A model generated the notes under the pieces. That model did not search any database. It was not told where the DNA came from and was given only the letters and a program-made list of their open reading frames with translations. DNA of 64,000 nucleotides, taken from contig JBBRLI010000009.1 in the NCBI GenBank assembly GCA_038231455.1, forward strand, positions 32,001-96,000. The letters run 5' to 3'. Below, one piece after another: positions 10,318 to 20,381 of the stretch; the first letter of the stretch is position 1, and every line of letters starts with the position of its first letter. The DNA is from Vulcanimicrobiales bacterium (GTDB taxonomy: Bacteria; Vulcanimicrobiota; Vulcanimicrobiia; Vulcanimicrobiales; Vulcanimicrobiaceae). A program made the translations under genes and the position numbers.

Positions 10318-11511
10318 ATGGAATCGACCGAGCTTTTGATCGTCGGATGCGGCCCCGCGGGTGGAACGGCGGCACGCGAAGCCGCACGCGCGGGCGTGCA
10401 AACCATTGTCCTGGAGCGCGATCCCATCGTCGGCGAAAAGCGCGTGTGCGCGGCCGGACTGCGGCCGGGCTTTTGCAGCGACTTCGATCTGCCGCGTTCG
10501 ATCGTGCATTTGGATCCGCCGACGATCACGCTCACGACGAAGCGCGGGACGTATGCCTTCGCCGTCGGTCCGGCGCATACGACCACGCGTGAAGAACTCG
10601 ACGGCACGATCGCGATGCTCGCGCGACACGAAGGCGCCGAGATTCGCACGAACAGTCTCTTTCGCACGCTCGAGCGCGACGGCGATGGCTATGTCATCGA
10701 GTATGCGGACTATCAAGCCGGAACACGCAAGAAGGTGCGCGCACGCCACGTCTTGCTGGCGCAAGGCTCGAGTGCGCGGCTCGATCCGATCGACGCGCGC
10801 TTCGCTTATCCGGCGTGGAGCGACGGACTGATCACCTGCTTTCAGTATCGCGTGTATCCCGAGCAGCCCGCGATCGCGCAAACGTATCGCACCCTCGAAA
10901 TGCATTACTACGCAACGGCCGGCGGGCGCCCCGTCATCGCCTGGATGTTTCCCAAGCGCGACCATCTCTCGATCGGACTTGGTATTCAAGGAAAGATCGG
11001 CGGGGCGGAATTACGCGCGGAACTCGATGCCTTTTTGCCGACCGTGCAGGCACGGCTCTTTCCCGCGATTCGGTACACGACGCGCGATGAGGGCAATTTA
11101 CTCTACGGAGGTCTGCCGCGTCCCACGATCGGCGCCGACGGCTTGATGGTCGCGGGAACGGCGGCGGGGCTGGTCGATGCAACCACGGGTGAGGGCATTC
11201 ACGAAGCAGCGACCACGGGCCGGTACGCTGCTGCCGCCGTTGCGCGCGTCCGTGGCGGGGGTGACGCGACACCGTATTACGTTGCAGCGACCAAGAAAGC
11301 GTTCTACGGCCGTCTCCGTCACCGGCAAAAGTTGATGGCATTTCTCGAACGCAAGCCGGCTCGATTCGATGTCCTCTTCCGTCAACTGGAGACGACGCCG
11401 CGCTTTGCAGAGCTTTTACAGCACGACCGGAATGATTTCACACCTGCGCAGTGGATGTATCTCTACTCCCAAGCCGCGCGGTTTTCGCTAGCGGCTTTGC
11501 GCGCGTCCTAA
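10318..11511 (+). CDS. FAD-dependent oxidoreductase, geranylgeranyl reductase family
   Basis: [31 protein letters not shown]. Confidence 0.82.
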   Translation: MESTELLIVGCGPAGGTAAREAARAGVQTIVLERDPIVGEKRVCAAGLRPGFCSDFDLPRSIVHLDPPTITLTTKRGTYAFAVGPAHTTTREELDGTIAMLARHEGAEIRTNSLFRTLERDGDGYVIEYADYQAGTRKKVRARHVLLAQGSSARLDPIDARFAYPAWSDGLITCFQYRVYPEQPAIAQTYRTLEMHYYATAGGRPVIAWMFPKRDHLSIGLGIQGKIGGAELRAELDAFLPTVQARLFPAIRYTTRDEGNLLYGGLPRPTIGADGLMVAGTAAGLVDATTGEGIHEAATTGRYAAAAVARVRGGGDATPYYVAATKKAFYGRLRHRQKLMAFLERKPARFDVLFRQLETTPRFAELLQHDRNDFTPAQWMYLYSQAARFSLAALRAS

Positions 11512-11519
11512 GGGGTTCG

Positions 11520-12539
11520 ATGATCCGATTTCTGGTCGACCGCGTGATCCGGTTGCTGGCAGTGCTCGCGACGATCACGGTTGCCAGCTTTTTGTTTATG
11601 CACGCGATCCCCGGCGATCCCGCCGTGATCCGCCTGGGCGAGCATGCAAGCGCCGCCGAAGTCGCAGCGCTTAAAGCAGAACTCGGACTCGACCGGCCGC
11701 TCTACGTGCAGCTCGGTGCCTACCTCCTCGCCGTCTTACACGGCGACTTGGGGCGATCGGTCGTCGACGCGCAGCCGGTCCTTAGCAAACTTGCGGCCTA
11801 CTTTCCCGCAACACTCGAGCTCACGCTCGGCGCCCTCCTCGTCGCCGTGCTCCTCGGTATTCCGGCCGGTGTTTTTGCGGCCGTCCGTCACCGGACCGCG
11901 GCCGACGCGCTCACGATGAGCCTCGTCCTGCTCGGGGTCTCGATCCCGGTCTTTTGGCTCGGCTGGATGCTGGTGTACCTGCTGGCGGTCCTGCCGACGC
12001 ACGCGGGCTTGAATCTCTTTCCGATCAGCGGCCGCATCTCACTTGCGTATGTCATTCCGCCGAAGACTCATTTGGTGGTACTCGATTCGCTTTTGGCCGG
12101 GAACGGCCGGGCTGCAGGCGACGCACTGTGGCATCTCATTCTTCCTGCGCTCACGCTTGGGACGATTCCGCTTGCCATCGTCGCAAAGATTACGCGCAGC
12201 GGAATGCTCGACGTGCTCGCTAGCGACTACATCCGCACGGCGCGCGCCAAAGGGCTCGCTGAAGGCGTGGTGATTTTCCGGCATGCGCTACGCAACGCGC
12301 TCATCCCGATCATCACGATCGTCGGACTGCAGATGGGCCTCTTGCTGGGCGGCGCCGTCTTGACCGAATCGATTTTCGCCTGGCCCGGCGTCGGACGGCT
12401 TACCTTCGATGCGATCTCCAATCGGGATATGCCGCTGATCAACGGCTGCATGTTGCTCTTCGCCGCGGTTTTCGTGCTCGTCAATACGATCGTCGATCTG
12501 CTCTACGCCGCGGCCAATCCCCGCATCCGTTATTCATAG
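11520..12539 (+). CDS. dppB: Peptide ABC transporter permease (DppB/OppB family)
   Basis: IPGDPA, LGLDRPLYVQ, DYIRTARAKGL EAA loop, TESIFAWPGVG. Confidence 0.88.
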   Translation: MIRFLVDRVIRLLAVLATITVASFLFMHAIPGDPAVIRLGEHASAAEVAALKAELGLDRPLYVQLGAYLLAVLHGDLGRSVVDAQPVLSKLAAYFPATLELTLGALLVAVLLGIPAGVFAAVRHRTAADALTMSLVLLGVSIPVFWLGWMLVYLLAVLPTHAGLNLFPISGRISLAYVIPPKTHLVVLDSLLAGNGRAAGDALWHLILPALTLGTIPLAIVAKITRSGMLDVLASDYIRTARAKGLAEGVVIFRHALRNALIPIITIVGLQMGLLLGGAVLTESIFAWPGVGRLTFDAISNRDMPLINGCMLLFAAVFVLVNTIVDLLYAAANPRIRYS

Positions 12540-12542
12540 CTC

Positions 12543-13394
12543 GTGTCGTTCGAAATTACGGTCGATGACTTCCGCGCGATCCGCGACCTGATCCGCGCGC
12601 GCTTCGGTATCTACTACGACGACGCAAAACAATTCTTGCTCCTCTCGCGGCTGCAGACGCGCCTGGTCAAGCGCGGCCTCGATGGCTACGGCGCCTACGT
12701 AAAATTCCTCCAATCGAACCCGCAGCGCGAGACGGAGTGGTTCGAACTCGCCTCCGTTCTCTCCAACAACGAAACGTATTTCTTTCGCGAACGCGCGCAG
12801 TTGCGTTCGCTCGTCGGCGATATTCTCACCGAACTGCAGGCGCATTCGCCGCGCCTCAAGTTGTGGTCGGCGGCGTGTTCCTCGGGCGAGGAACCGTATT
12901 CGCTTGCGATGACGCTGCTCGAGAGCGGGCGGATCGCGGAAAATCAGATTTCGATCGTCGCAACGGATATCTCGCAGCGGGTCCTGGATCTCGCTCAGAA
13001 AGGCTTCTACCGCGCGCTCTCGTTCCGCGCAACGGAACCCGCGATGATCCAAAAGTTTTTTAGCCCGCTGGGCGACGGCTTCGTTTTGAGCGAGCGCATC
13101 CGCAAGATGGTCGCGTTCTCGACGCTCAACTTGATGGATGCGAATACGATCGCCGCGCAAGGCCCGCTCGATGCGATTTTCTGTCGTAACGTCCTGATTT
13201 ATTTTGATAAACCGACGCAGAAGCGCGTCGTCGAAGCGTTTGCCAAGGCGCTGCGTCCCGGAGGGTATCTGTTCTTGGGCCACGCCGAATCGCTCTTCCA
13301 TCTAACCGACGTGTTCGAACCGGTCGTGCAACCCGAGACGATCGTCTACCGCGTGCGGGCCGTCGTGCCCGCCGCTGCGAGCGCGCGCGCGTGA
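12543..13394 (+). CDS. cheR: Chemotaxis methyltransferase CheR
   Basis: NETYFFRE, WSAACSSGEEPYS, IFCRNVLIYFD. Confidence 0.95.
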   Translation: MSFEITVDDFRAIRDLIRARFGIYYDDAKQFLLLSRLQTRLVKRGLDGYGAYVKFLQSNPQRETEWFELASVLSNNETYFFRERAQLRSLVGDILTELQAHSPRLKLWSAACSSGEEPYSLAMTLLESGRIAENQISIVATDISQRVLDLAQKGFYRALSFRATEPAMIQKFFSPLGDGFVLSERIRKMVAFSTLNLMDANTIAAQGPLDAIFCRNVLIYFDKPTQKRVVEAFAKALRPGGYLFLGHAESLFHLTDVFEPVVQPETIVYRVRAVVPAAASARA

Positions 13395-14500
13395 GCGTTG
13401 AAATTCACGTTCTCGTCGTCGATGACTCGGCGTTCATGCGCCGCGCCATCCAAAAGATGTGCGAGAAGGAACCCGATCTCAAAGTCATCGCGACAGCGAC
13501 CAGCGGTGAAGAAGGCGTCGAGAAAGCCGCGCTGCTCAAACCCGATGTGATCACGATGGACGTCGAGATGCCGGGAATGGGTGGACTCGAGGCCGCGCGG
13601 ACGCTGACGAGTCGCGGTGGTCCGCCGATCATCATGATCAGTTCGCTCACGCGCGAAGGCGCGGAGACGACGTTACAGGCGCTCGAAATCGGTGCCGTCG
13701 ATTTCATTCCCAAACCCGATTCCGCGTTCATCGACATTCTCAAAGTGCAGCGCGAACTCGTCGAAAAAATTCGCCACTTCGGCACGCGCAGCGCGTACTT
13801 ACGTGCCAATCGCGGGAAGACGATTCCAAGCGCGCGACCGCAAGCGACGATCGCCCCCGCGATTCCGCTCGCGCCGCCCGCGACGCCGCGCGCGGTTGGC
13901 CCGCGAACGGCGAAGTTCGAATGCGTCGCGCTCGGCACATCGACCGGCGGTCCCGTCGCACTCTCGCAAATCATTCCGAAGCTTCCGAAAGATTTTCCAA
14001 TCCCGATCATCGTCGTGCAGCACATGCCGCCGGGCTTCACGCGCCCGCTCTCCGAGCGGCTCAATGGCTCCAGTCAGATCGCCGTGGTCGAGGCGCAGAA
14101 CGGCACGATCTTGCGCGGCGGAACGGCGTATATCGCACCGGCCGGCCAACAGTTGACCCTGCGCCGCACGCCCCTCGGGGTCGAAATCGTGATCGGCCCC
14201 GACATCGCAAAGTCGCTCCACGTTCCGAGTGTCGATGTGATGGCCGCAGCGGTCGGTGAGACCTTTGGCGCCGGCGCGCTCGGCGTCATCCTTACCGGCA
14301 TGGGCCACGACGGCGTCGAGGGGCTGCGCGTGCTCAAAGGCGCGGGCGGTTTTGTCGTGGGACAAGATGAGGCAAGTTCCGTTGTGTATGGCATGCCGCG
14401 TGCGGCTGCCGTCGCCGGCTTGGTCGACCGGGTGGTGTCCTTAAGCGACGTCGCACGAACTCTTTGCGAACTTACCGGCACGGTGGTGCCCATCGTCTAG
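13391..14500 (+). CDS. cheB: Chemotaxis response regulator/methylesterase CheB
   Basis: REC domain (VVDDSAFMR, MDVEMP); GTSTGGP, QHMP, TGMGHDG catalytic motifs. Confidence 0.95.
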   Translation: MSVEIHVLVVDDSAFMRRAIQKMCEKEPDLKVIATATSGEEGVEKAALLKPDVITMDVEMPGMGGLEAARTLTSRGGPPIIMISSLTREGAETTLQALEIGAVDFIPKPDSAFIDILKVQRELVEKIRHFGTRSAYLRANRGKTIPSARPQATIAPAIPLAPPATPRAVGPRTAKFECVALGTSTGGPVALSQIIPKLPKDFPIPIIVVQHMPPGFTRPLSERLNGSSQIAVVEAQNGTILRGGTAYIAPAGQQLTLRRTPLGVEIVIGPDIAKSLHVPSVDVMAAAVGETFGAGALGVILTGMGHDGVEGLRVLKGAGGFVVGQDEASSVVYGMPRAAAVAGLVDRVVSLSDVARTLCELTGTVVPIV

Positions 14501-15367
14501 GTGGACCGGGCGGCGCGGACGAACGAGACCTCACCCGTGAAGCTGCCGAGTGAAACGAACCGCTACGTCATCAGCGGTCACGAGTTAACTCGTGAAGAAA
14601 TCGTCCACAAGTATCTTCACCTGGTGAAGTATGTCGCCGGGCGTATTTCTATTAATCTCCCGCCGAACGTCGAGATCAACGATTTGATCAACGACGGGAT
14701 CCTCGGCCTGATCGATGCCATCGAGAAGTACGACGACGACCGCGGGGTCAAATTCGAGACGTACGCGATCACGCGCATCAACGGTGCGATCCTCGATGCG
14801 CTGCGGGCGCTCGACTGGGTTCCGCGCGCGGTGCGACAGCGTGCGCGCGAACTCGAACGCGTGTATCAGGAGCTTGAAGTCCAGCTCGGCCGTGCTGCAA
14901 CTGAAGAAGAAGTGGCCGAGCGAATGGGCCTAACGGTTAAAGAGCTCGACACGCTCATGCAGAAGATACGCGGGACGTCGGTCCTCTCGCTCGAGGAGTT
15001 TCTCCCGAACGAAAAAGGCTACGAGATCCCGCTCCTCGACACACTGCGCGACAGCGAAAACGACGTCACCAGTGCCGTCGAGACCCGCGAGATCAAAGCC
15101 GCCCTGGTCCGCGCTGTCGACGAACTCCCGCCCCAAGAACGCACCGTCATCTCCCTCTATTACTTCGAAGGCCTGACGCTCAAAGAGATCAAGAGCGCTC
15201 TCAACGTCTCGGAATCCCGGGTCTCGCAGATCCACGCTCAAGCAGTGATCCATCTCCGGGCCAAATTGAGAAATTTAACGGCCGATTTGGGTTATCGTGA
15301 GGGCGATCCCAACGTGAAGCAGAAATACTTACGCAAGACGCCCGAGTCCGGAGTGGGCGCGCCGTAG
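14501..15367 (+). CDS. fliA: FliA/WhiG/SigD family sigma-28 factor
   Basis: GLIDAIEKYD, KFETYA, LDWVPR, LNVSESRVSQIH; start may be GTG 14537. Confidence 0.93.
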   Translation: MDRAARTNETSPVKLPSETNRYVISGHELTREEIVHKYLHLVKYVAGRISINLPPNVEINDLINDGILGLIDAIEKYDDDRGVKFETYAITRINGAILDALRALDWVPRAVRQRARELERVYQELEVQLGRAATEEEVAERMGLTVKELDTLMQKIRGTSVLSLEEFLPNEKGYEIPLLDTLRDSENDVTSAVETREIKAALVRAVDELPPQERTVISLYYFEGLTLKEIKSALNVSESRVSQIHAQAVIHLRAKLRNLTADLGYREGDPNVKQKYLRKTPESGVGAP

Positions 15368-15376
15368 GAGGCAAGG

Positions 15377-15697
15377 ATGTCGATCCGCCCGGCTGATATT
15401 CAAGCATCGATCTGGCAAGCGACCCAGACAGCCCCAATCAACGCCAAAGCTGAAGAAGCGCCCCATGCTGCTCAACTGAATGCGCAGGCATCGTTTGTTG
15501 CCGCCGTTCAAGAGCGTCAAGAGCGCATCAGCGACACGGGCAATGCGAGCGGCAACCGCGTCAACGCCCGGCCGGATCGCGAGCAGCAGGAGCAGCGCAA
15601 GAAACGTCCCCGTCAACCGGGCGAGCCTTTCGATGAAGTGATTCACGAGGCGGCCGGCGACTACGAGGGCGAGCACATCATCGACTACACGGCCTAG
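15377..15697 (+). CDS. Hypothetical protein, 106 aa
   Basis: AGGAGG SD overlapping the fliA stop; tight packing between fliA and next gene. Confidence 0.7.
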   Translation: MSIRPADIQASIWQATQTAPINAKAEEAPHAAQLNAQASFVAAVQERQERISDTGNASGNRVNARPDREQQEQRKKRPRQPGEPFDEVIHEAAGDYEGEHIIDYTA

Positions 15698-15699
15698 CG

Positions 15700-17928
15700 T
15701 TGGCCGGACTCGAGGCGCTCGGCGGCGGGAATCTCACCGCGCAAGTCGCCGCCGCCGTCGACGCGGAAATCGCGGCCCTCGCCGCCGACGCCGAAGCGCT
15801 CAAAGGGCTCCTCGACATCGGGAGTACCGCGCGCGCCACGGTCCTCAAAAGCAACGGTCTGACCGACCTCTTGCAGATCGTCGGCAAGCGGGTCGCTGCG
15901 TCTCTGCCGCCGGACCTCAAGCCCGGGGATCAAATTTTCGTTGAGGTCACGGGCTTCACCGACGGGCACATCAACCTGCGCGTCGTGCCGGCGCCCGAAG
16001 GCGAAACGCCGACCGTGACGACCACTCCCGGAACGCCTCCGCCCGCGGCGCCGCCGACGCTCGCGCCCTCCGGCGCGGCCGCTGCGTCGTATCTGGCTGC
16101 GCTTCCGGCCGCAGACGATCTGCTACCGATCGCCCCGCCGGTTTCGGTTTTCGTCGCTGCATCCGTCATTCGCGCCGTTGCCACCGGTCCGCAGCAGCCT
16201 CCGGTCGCCGGCACGCCGCCCCCCGCGGCGAACCCGCCGCCGCCGGCGGCGACGAACGCCTCGGTCGCGCCGGCCGTCGCCTCTGAGGAGAACCCGGCAC
16301 ATCCCAACGTAGCCTTGAGCGAGCCGTCGTCGACGGCCGTCGCGCAAAGCGCGGGTCGGCCCGCAGTCGATTCCGCCCTGTCCGCAAAACTCGCGCCGCC
16401 GCAGCCACTCGAAGCACGGCTTGCCGCTCTGCGCGCCGCATCGCCGCCGCCGGTCCCACCGCCGCGCCCGGCGCCCGTTCCGCTCACGACCGCCCGCAGC
16501 ACGGTGCCGCCGCCAGCGCCCCCGCCGACGATCCGGCCGAGCGGATTTGTCGCGCCCCCCCTGATTCGTCCATCGGGTACCGCGGCAAGCGAACCGGCCC
16601 GGATAACTCCGGGCTCACCAAAACCCATTGGGCAAGGCGTCGCTTCGGTCAACGCGCGGTTCTCGACGATCTCCCCGCAGGCTCCGGTCCAAGGCCGCAC
16701 GCCAATCGAACATCCGATCCCGATCCGCACGCGCGGAGATTCGATCGTGCCGGATACAACGCGTGCCGGTCCACGCGCGGTCATTGCTTCTTCCGGCGCG
16801 CAAGCTGGACGAGCGGCGACCGCGACGACGACCGTTGCAAAGCCCGTCGCGCCGCCCGTGACGGCGGAGGCGTTCCGCGATCCAAGCGTCTTACTTCGCG
16901 CACTGCGGGTTCCCGTGACGCAAACCAATCTTGCCTCGGCAACGCTCGCGCTTCAGTCACCGCAGCGGATACCGGCTGCGCTCGCCGCGCTCGAGCGCGC
17001 GTTGCCCGATGGCCGAAACGACCCGCGCGTCGCGACGCTGCGCACGATCGTCGGCTTTGTGAATCGACTCGACCCGCAGTCTCCAACATTAGCCGCGCAA
17101 ATTGCGGCGTATGTCTCGCACGTCGTCGACGGAGCGGAACCAAAACTCGCAACGTTACTGCAATCGTACGCTGCGCACGTCGAACTGCCGGCTGCATCAC
17201 CGGCGGCGCCGTCTGTCGACCTTCCGTCATCTGCATCGAACGAACGTGCGCCGGCCGCTGGCGCTGCGGCTTTGCCCACCGCCGGCGCGCCGGCGATACT
17301 CGCTCAATCGACCCCAACGCTTGCCGCAGCACAAACGCTGATCGCTGCCGCGGCGCTCGATCACGACCTCAAAACGACATTGCAGACGCTGCTCGTTACG
17401 TCGGTTGCGGGCACCGAGTCTTCGCCGGCAGCGGCGATTCAAACCGCCCTTACGGCGCTCACGGGCGTGCAACTCGATGTCGCGAACACACTCGCTCAGA
17501 TCCCGCAGCAAGTGACCTTCACGATTCCGCTCCCGCTCGTTCACCCGGATGCGCAAGCCCGCGTGACGATCGACCGCAAACGTCACGACGATCCGACGCA
17601 GGCGATCGACGGCGACAACTTCCACATCGCGTTTATCCTGACGACCAAGCACTTAGGCACCGTGACGATCGATCTGCGGACCGTTGGTCGCGCCGTGAAC
17701 GTCGGCGTCCACACCGAGGCAGAACTTGCTGCGCAGACGTTCGGCGGGGCGCTCGCGCGCTTGAAAGACCGCTTAGAATCGCTGCGCTATAACGTCACCT
17801 CGATCGAATCGGGAGTCGCGCCGCGCCGCACCGAGCCCCAACCCAGTGCAAGTGACCGCGCGATCGATCTAATCGAGATCGCGAGCGACCCGAGCGAACC
17901 CGCCTCTGATGTGGATAAGATCGCATGA
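15700..17928 (+). CDS. Pro/Ala-rich protein with FliK-like C-terminal domain (YlqG-like)
   Basis: Long low-complexity region; C-terminal FHIAFILTTKHLGTVTIDL...VNVGV...L.RLESLRY; directly upstream of an FlhB-C homolog. Confidence 0.7.
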   Translation: MAGLEALGGGNLTAQVAAAVDAEIAALAADAEALKGLLDIGSTARATVLKSNGLTDLLQIVGKRVAASLPPDLKPGDQIFVEVTGFTDGHINLRVVPAPEGETPTVTTTPGTPPPAAPPTLAPSGAAAASYLAALPAADDLLPIAPPVSVFVAASVIRAVATGPQQPPVAGTPPPAANPPPPAATNASVAPAVASEENPAHPNVALSEPSSTAVAQSAGRPAVDSALSAKLAPPQPLEARLAALRAASPPPVPPPRPAPVPLTTARSTVPPPAPPPTIRPSGFVAPPLIRPSGTAASEPARITPGSPKPIGQGVASVNARFSTISPQAPVQGRTPIEHPIPIRTRGDSIVPDTTRAGPRAVIASSGAQAGRAATATTTVAKPVAPPVTAEAFRDPSVLLRALRVPVTQTNLASATLALQSPQRIPAALAALERALPDGRNDPRVATLRTIVGFVNRLDPQSPTLAAQIAAYVSHVVDGAEPKLATLLQSYAAHVELPAASPAAPSVDLPSSASNERAPAAGAAALPTAGAPAILAQSTPTLAAAQTLIAAAALDHDLKTTLQTLLVTSVAGTESSPAAAIQTALTALTGVQLDVANTLAQIPQQVTFTIPLPLVHPDAQARVTIDRKRHDDPTQAIDGDNFHIAFILTTKHLGTVTIDLRTVGRAVNVGVHTEAELAAQTFGGALARLKDRLESLRYNVTSIESGVAPRRTEPQPSASDRAIDLIEIASDPSEPASDVDKIA

Positions 17929-18227
17929 ACAACGAGAAATTCTACGATACGCGCAAAGCCGTCCCGCGCAGTGCCGCCGCGGCCTTGCACTACGATCCGC
18001 TCGGCTCCGAACCGCCCGAACTGGTAGCCATGGGCCGCGGGATGGTCGCCGATGAAATCGTTGAGATCGCCCGCAAGCATGGGATCGCGGTTCACGAAGA
18101 TGCCGGACTCGTCGAGGCGCTCGCGCGGTTGGACGTTGGCACGGCGATCCCACGCGAGCTCTACGCCGTCGTCGCCGAAGTGCTGGCGTTCGTGTATGCC
18201 GTCGATGCCGAGGCGGCCCGGGCGTAG
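17925..18227 (+). CDS. Stand-alone FlhB/EscU C-terminal-domain protein (FlhX/YlqH-like)
   Basis: AAALHYD...PELVAMGRG...IVEIARKHGIAVHED...IPRELYAVVAEVL; ATGA overlap. Confidence 0.9.
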   Translation: MNNEKFYDTRKAVPRSAAAALHYDPLGSEPPELVAMGRGMVADEIVEIARKHGIAVHEDAGLVEALARLDVGTAIPRELYAVVAEVLAFVYAVDAEAARA

Positions 18228-18235
18228 CCCCGCGA

Positions 18236-18253
18236 ATCGAACAGGAGTTCGAT
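18236..18253. promoter_or_regulatory. Putative LexA (SOS) box, Gram-positive type
   Basis: Palindrome ATCGAAC-AGGA-GTTCGAT matching CGAAC-N4-GTTCG, intergenic upstream of ftsY-recA. Confidence 0.65.
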
Positions 18254-18317
18254 CCAACCGGCCGAACACTATATCTTGTGGACGCTTCCGCGTTTGCCAC
18301 GATATGATGGGAATCTG

Positions 18318-19241
18318 ATGAGCTGGTTTGCCAAACTCCGCACGAGCCTTACCCGGTCCCGCGAGTCGCTCGCGGCGGTCGAAGAATTGGCGCTCGCCCG
18401 CAAACCGCTCGATCGCGAGTTTTACGACGAGCTCGAAGAGATCCTCATTGCCGCCGACTTCGGCGTGCCGACCGCCGAGAAAATCATCGCGGGGCTCAAA
18501 GTCGTCCAGCGTCAGGAGTTGTGGGGCCGCTCCGATCAGGCCATCGCGCGCTTCAAAAAAGACGTGCAGCGCTTCCTGACGCTCCCGAGCGCCGGACTGA
18601 CCATCGGCCCGAAGCCAAGCGTCGTGCTCGTTGTGGGCGTCAACGGCAGCGGCAAGACGACCACGATCGGCAAACTCGCGACGCTCTTGCGGGCGCAAGG
18701 CAAACGCGTGATGGTTGTTGCGGCCGACACGTTTCGCGCCGCGGCTGCGGAGCAACTCGAAATTTGGGCGGAGCGCAGCGGCGCGGAGTTCGTCCGCGGG
18801 CGCGAAGGCGCGGATCCCTCATCGGTCGTCTTCGACGGGATGGCGGCCGCGAAAGCACGCGGTGTCGATGTCGTGCTGGTCGATACGGCGGGGCGTCTCC
18901 AAACCAAAACCAATTTGATGGAAGAGTTAAAGAAGATGCGCCGCATCATCGAGCGCGAGACCGGCGCGCCGCCGCAAGAGACGTTGCTCGTCGTCGACGG
19001 CACGACCGGGCAAAACGCGATCTCGCAAGCCAAGCTTTTTCATGAAGCAACGAAGCTCACGGGCGTCGTTGTGACCAAACTCGATTCGACGGCCAAAGGC
19101 GGCGTGCTCGTCGCGATCGTCGATCACCTCATCGTGCCGATCAAATTCATCGGTCTTGGTGAATCGGCCGACGCGCTCCAACCGTTCGACCCCGCCGCGT
19201 TTACCGACGCCCTTTTCGAACGCGTACCCGCCACGACATAA
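18318..19241 (+). CDS. ftsY: SRP receptor FtsY
   Basis: GVNGSGKTTT, DTFRAAA, DTAGR, DGTTGQN, TKLD. Confidence 0.96.
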   Translation: MSWFAKLRTSLTRSRESLAAVEELALARKPLDREFYDELEEILIAADFGVPTAEKIIAGLKVVQRQELWGRSDQAIARFKKDVQRFLTLPSAGLTIGPKPSVVLVVGVNGSGKTTTIGKLATLLRAQGKRVMVVAADTFRAAAAEQLEIWAERSGAEFVRGREGADPSSVVFDGMAAAKARGVDVVLVDTAGRLQTKTNLMEELKKMRRIIERETGAPPQETLLVVDGTTGQNAISQAKLFHEATKLTGVVVTKLDSTAKGGVLVAIVDHLIVPIKFIGLGESADALQPFDPAAFTDALFERVPATT

Positions 19242-19319
19242 TGCCACGATGTTGGCACTCGCCACCCGTACCATCGCCGCACAGATTACTTGCAAAGCAA
19301 ACGGAGATTATTAGCTGAT

Positions 19320-20375
19320 ATGGCGCAAGACGAACGCTCGGTAGCCCTCGCAAACGCTCTCGCTCAAATCGAACGGCAGTTCGGCAAAGGTTCGATCATG
19401 AAAATGGGCGAGCTGCAAGAACGGATGGCGTACGACGTCGTCTCCACCGGCTCGATCGCACTCGATCTTGCGCTCGGTGTGGGCGGCTTGCCGCGCGGCC
19501 GCGTAGTCGAAATCTACGGCCCGGAATCCTCAGGTAAAACGACGCTCGCACTGCATGTGATCGCCGAGGCGCAAAAAGCCGGCGGCACGGCCGCGTTCAT
19601 CGACGTCGAGCACGCGCTCGATCCCACGTACGCCGCGGCCTTAGGTGTCGATCTCGATCATTTGCTCGTCTCGCAGCCGGATACCGGCGAACAGGCGCTC
19701 GACATCGCCGAGATGCTCGTCCGCTCGAATGCCGTCGACGTGGTCGTGCTCGACTCGGTCGCCGCACTCGTCACCAAAGCCGAGCTCGAAGGCGACATGG
19801 GCGACACGCACGTCGGACTCCAGGCCCGCTTGATGTCACAGGCACTGCGCAAACTCACGGCCGCGATCTCGCGCTCGAAGTGCGTGATGATCTTCATCAA
19901 CCAACTGCGTGAAAAAGTCGGCGTGATGTTCGGTAGCCCCGAGACGACCTCGGGCGGCCGCGCGCTCAAATTCTATGCCTCGGTTCGCCTCGACGTGCGC
20001 AAACTCGAACAGATCAAAATCGGCACCGATGTCGTCGGAACGCGCACACGCGTCAAAGTCGTCAAGAACAAAGTTGCGCCGCCGTTCCGTCAAGCCGAGT
20101 TCGATATCACCTACGGTCGCGGCATTTCGAAGATGGGCTCCATCCTCGACGTCGCACTCGAACGCAACATCGTTGGCAAGAGCGGTTCGTGGTGGACGTA
20201 CGGTGAGACACGCATCGGTCAAGGTCGCGAGAATGCAAAAGTGTATCTCGAAGAGCACGGCGATCTCGCAACGGAGATCGAAGACAAGATCCGCACCGCG
20301 CTTAAAGCCTCAAGCTCGACGAACGGTCACGCAACGCCCGTCGGTGCCGCGGCCGGCGCTGACGCTGAGGGCTAA
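19320..20375 (+). CDS. recA: Recombinase RecA
   Basis: [33 protein letters not shown]. Confidence 0.98.
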   Translation: MAQDERSVALANALAQIERQFGKGSIMKMGELQERMAYDVVSTGSIALDLALGVGGLPRGRVVEIYGPESSGKTTLALHVIAEAQKAGGTAAFIDVEHALDPTYAAALGVDLDHLLVSQPDTGEQALDIAEMLVRSNAVDVVVLDSVAALVTKAELEGDMGDTHVGLQARLMSQALRKLTAAISRSKCVMIFINQLREKVGVMFGSPETTSGGRALKFYASVRLDVRKLEQIKIGTDVVGTRTRVKVVKNKVAPPFRQAEFDITYGRGISKMGSILDVALERNIVGKSGSWWTYGETRIGQGRENAKVYLEEHGDLATEIEDKIRTALKASSSTNGHATPVGAAAGADAEG

Positions 20376-20381
20376 GCACGC

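Noticed and set aside
10168-10989. 983-aa N-terminally extended pyrophosphatase in the ORF track
   Set aside because: The extension is largely the antisense of the GGR-family gene; GTG 10167 with an SD gives a normal-sized H+-PPase.
10318-11511. Calling the reductase bchP (photosynthesis)
   Set aside because: Only family-level motifs are visible and no bch genes are nearby; substrate cannot be assigned.
16000-16900. Repeat-like CCG/GCC-rich tract
   Set aside because: Reflects Pro/Ala-rich coding in the FliK-like gene; no exact tandem or CRISPR-type repeats.
18241-18268. Sigma-28 promoter before ftsY (ACAG-N16-GCCGAACA)
   Set aside because: Poor -35 match; the region is better explained by the LexA-type palindrome.
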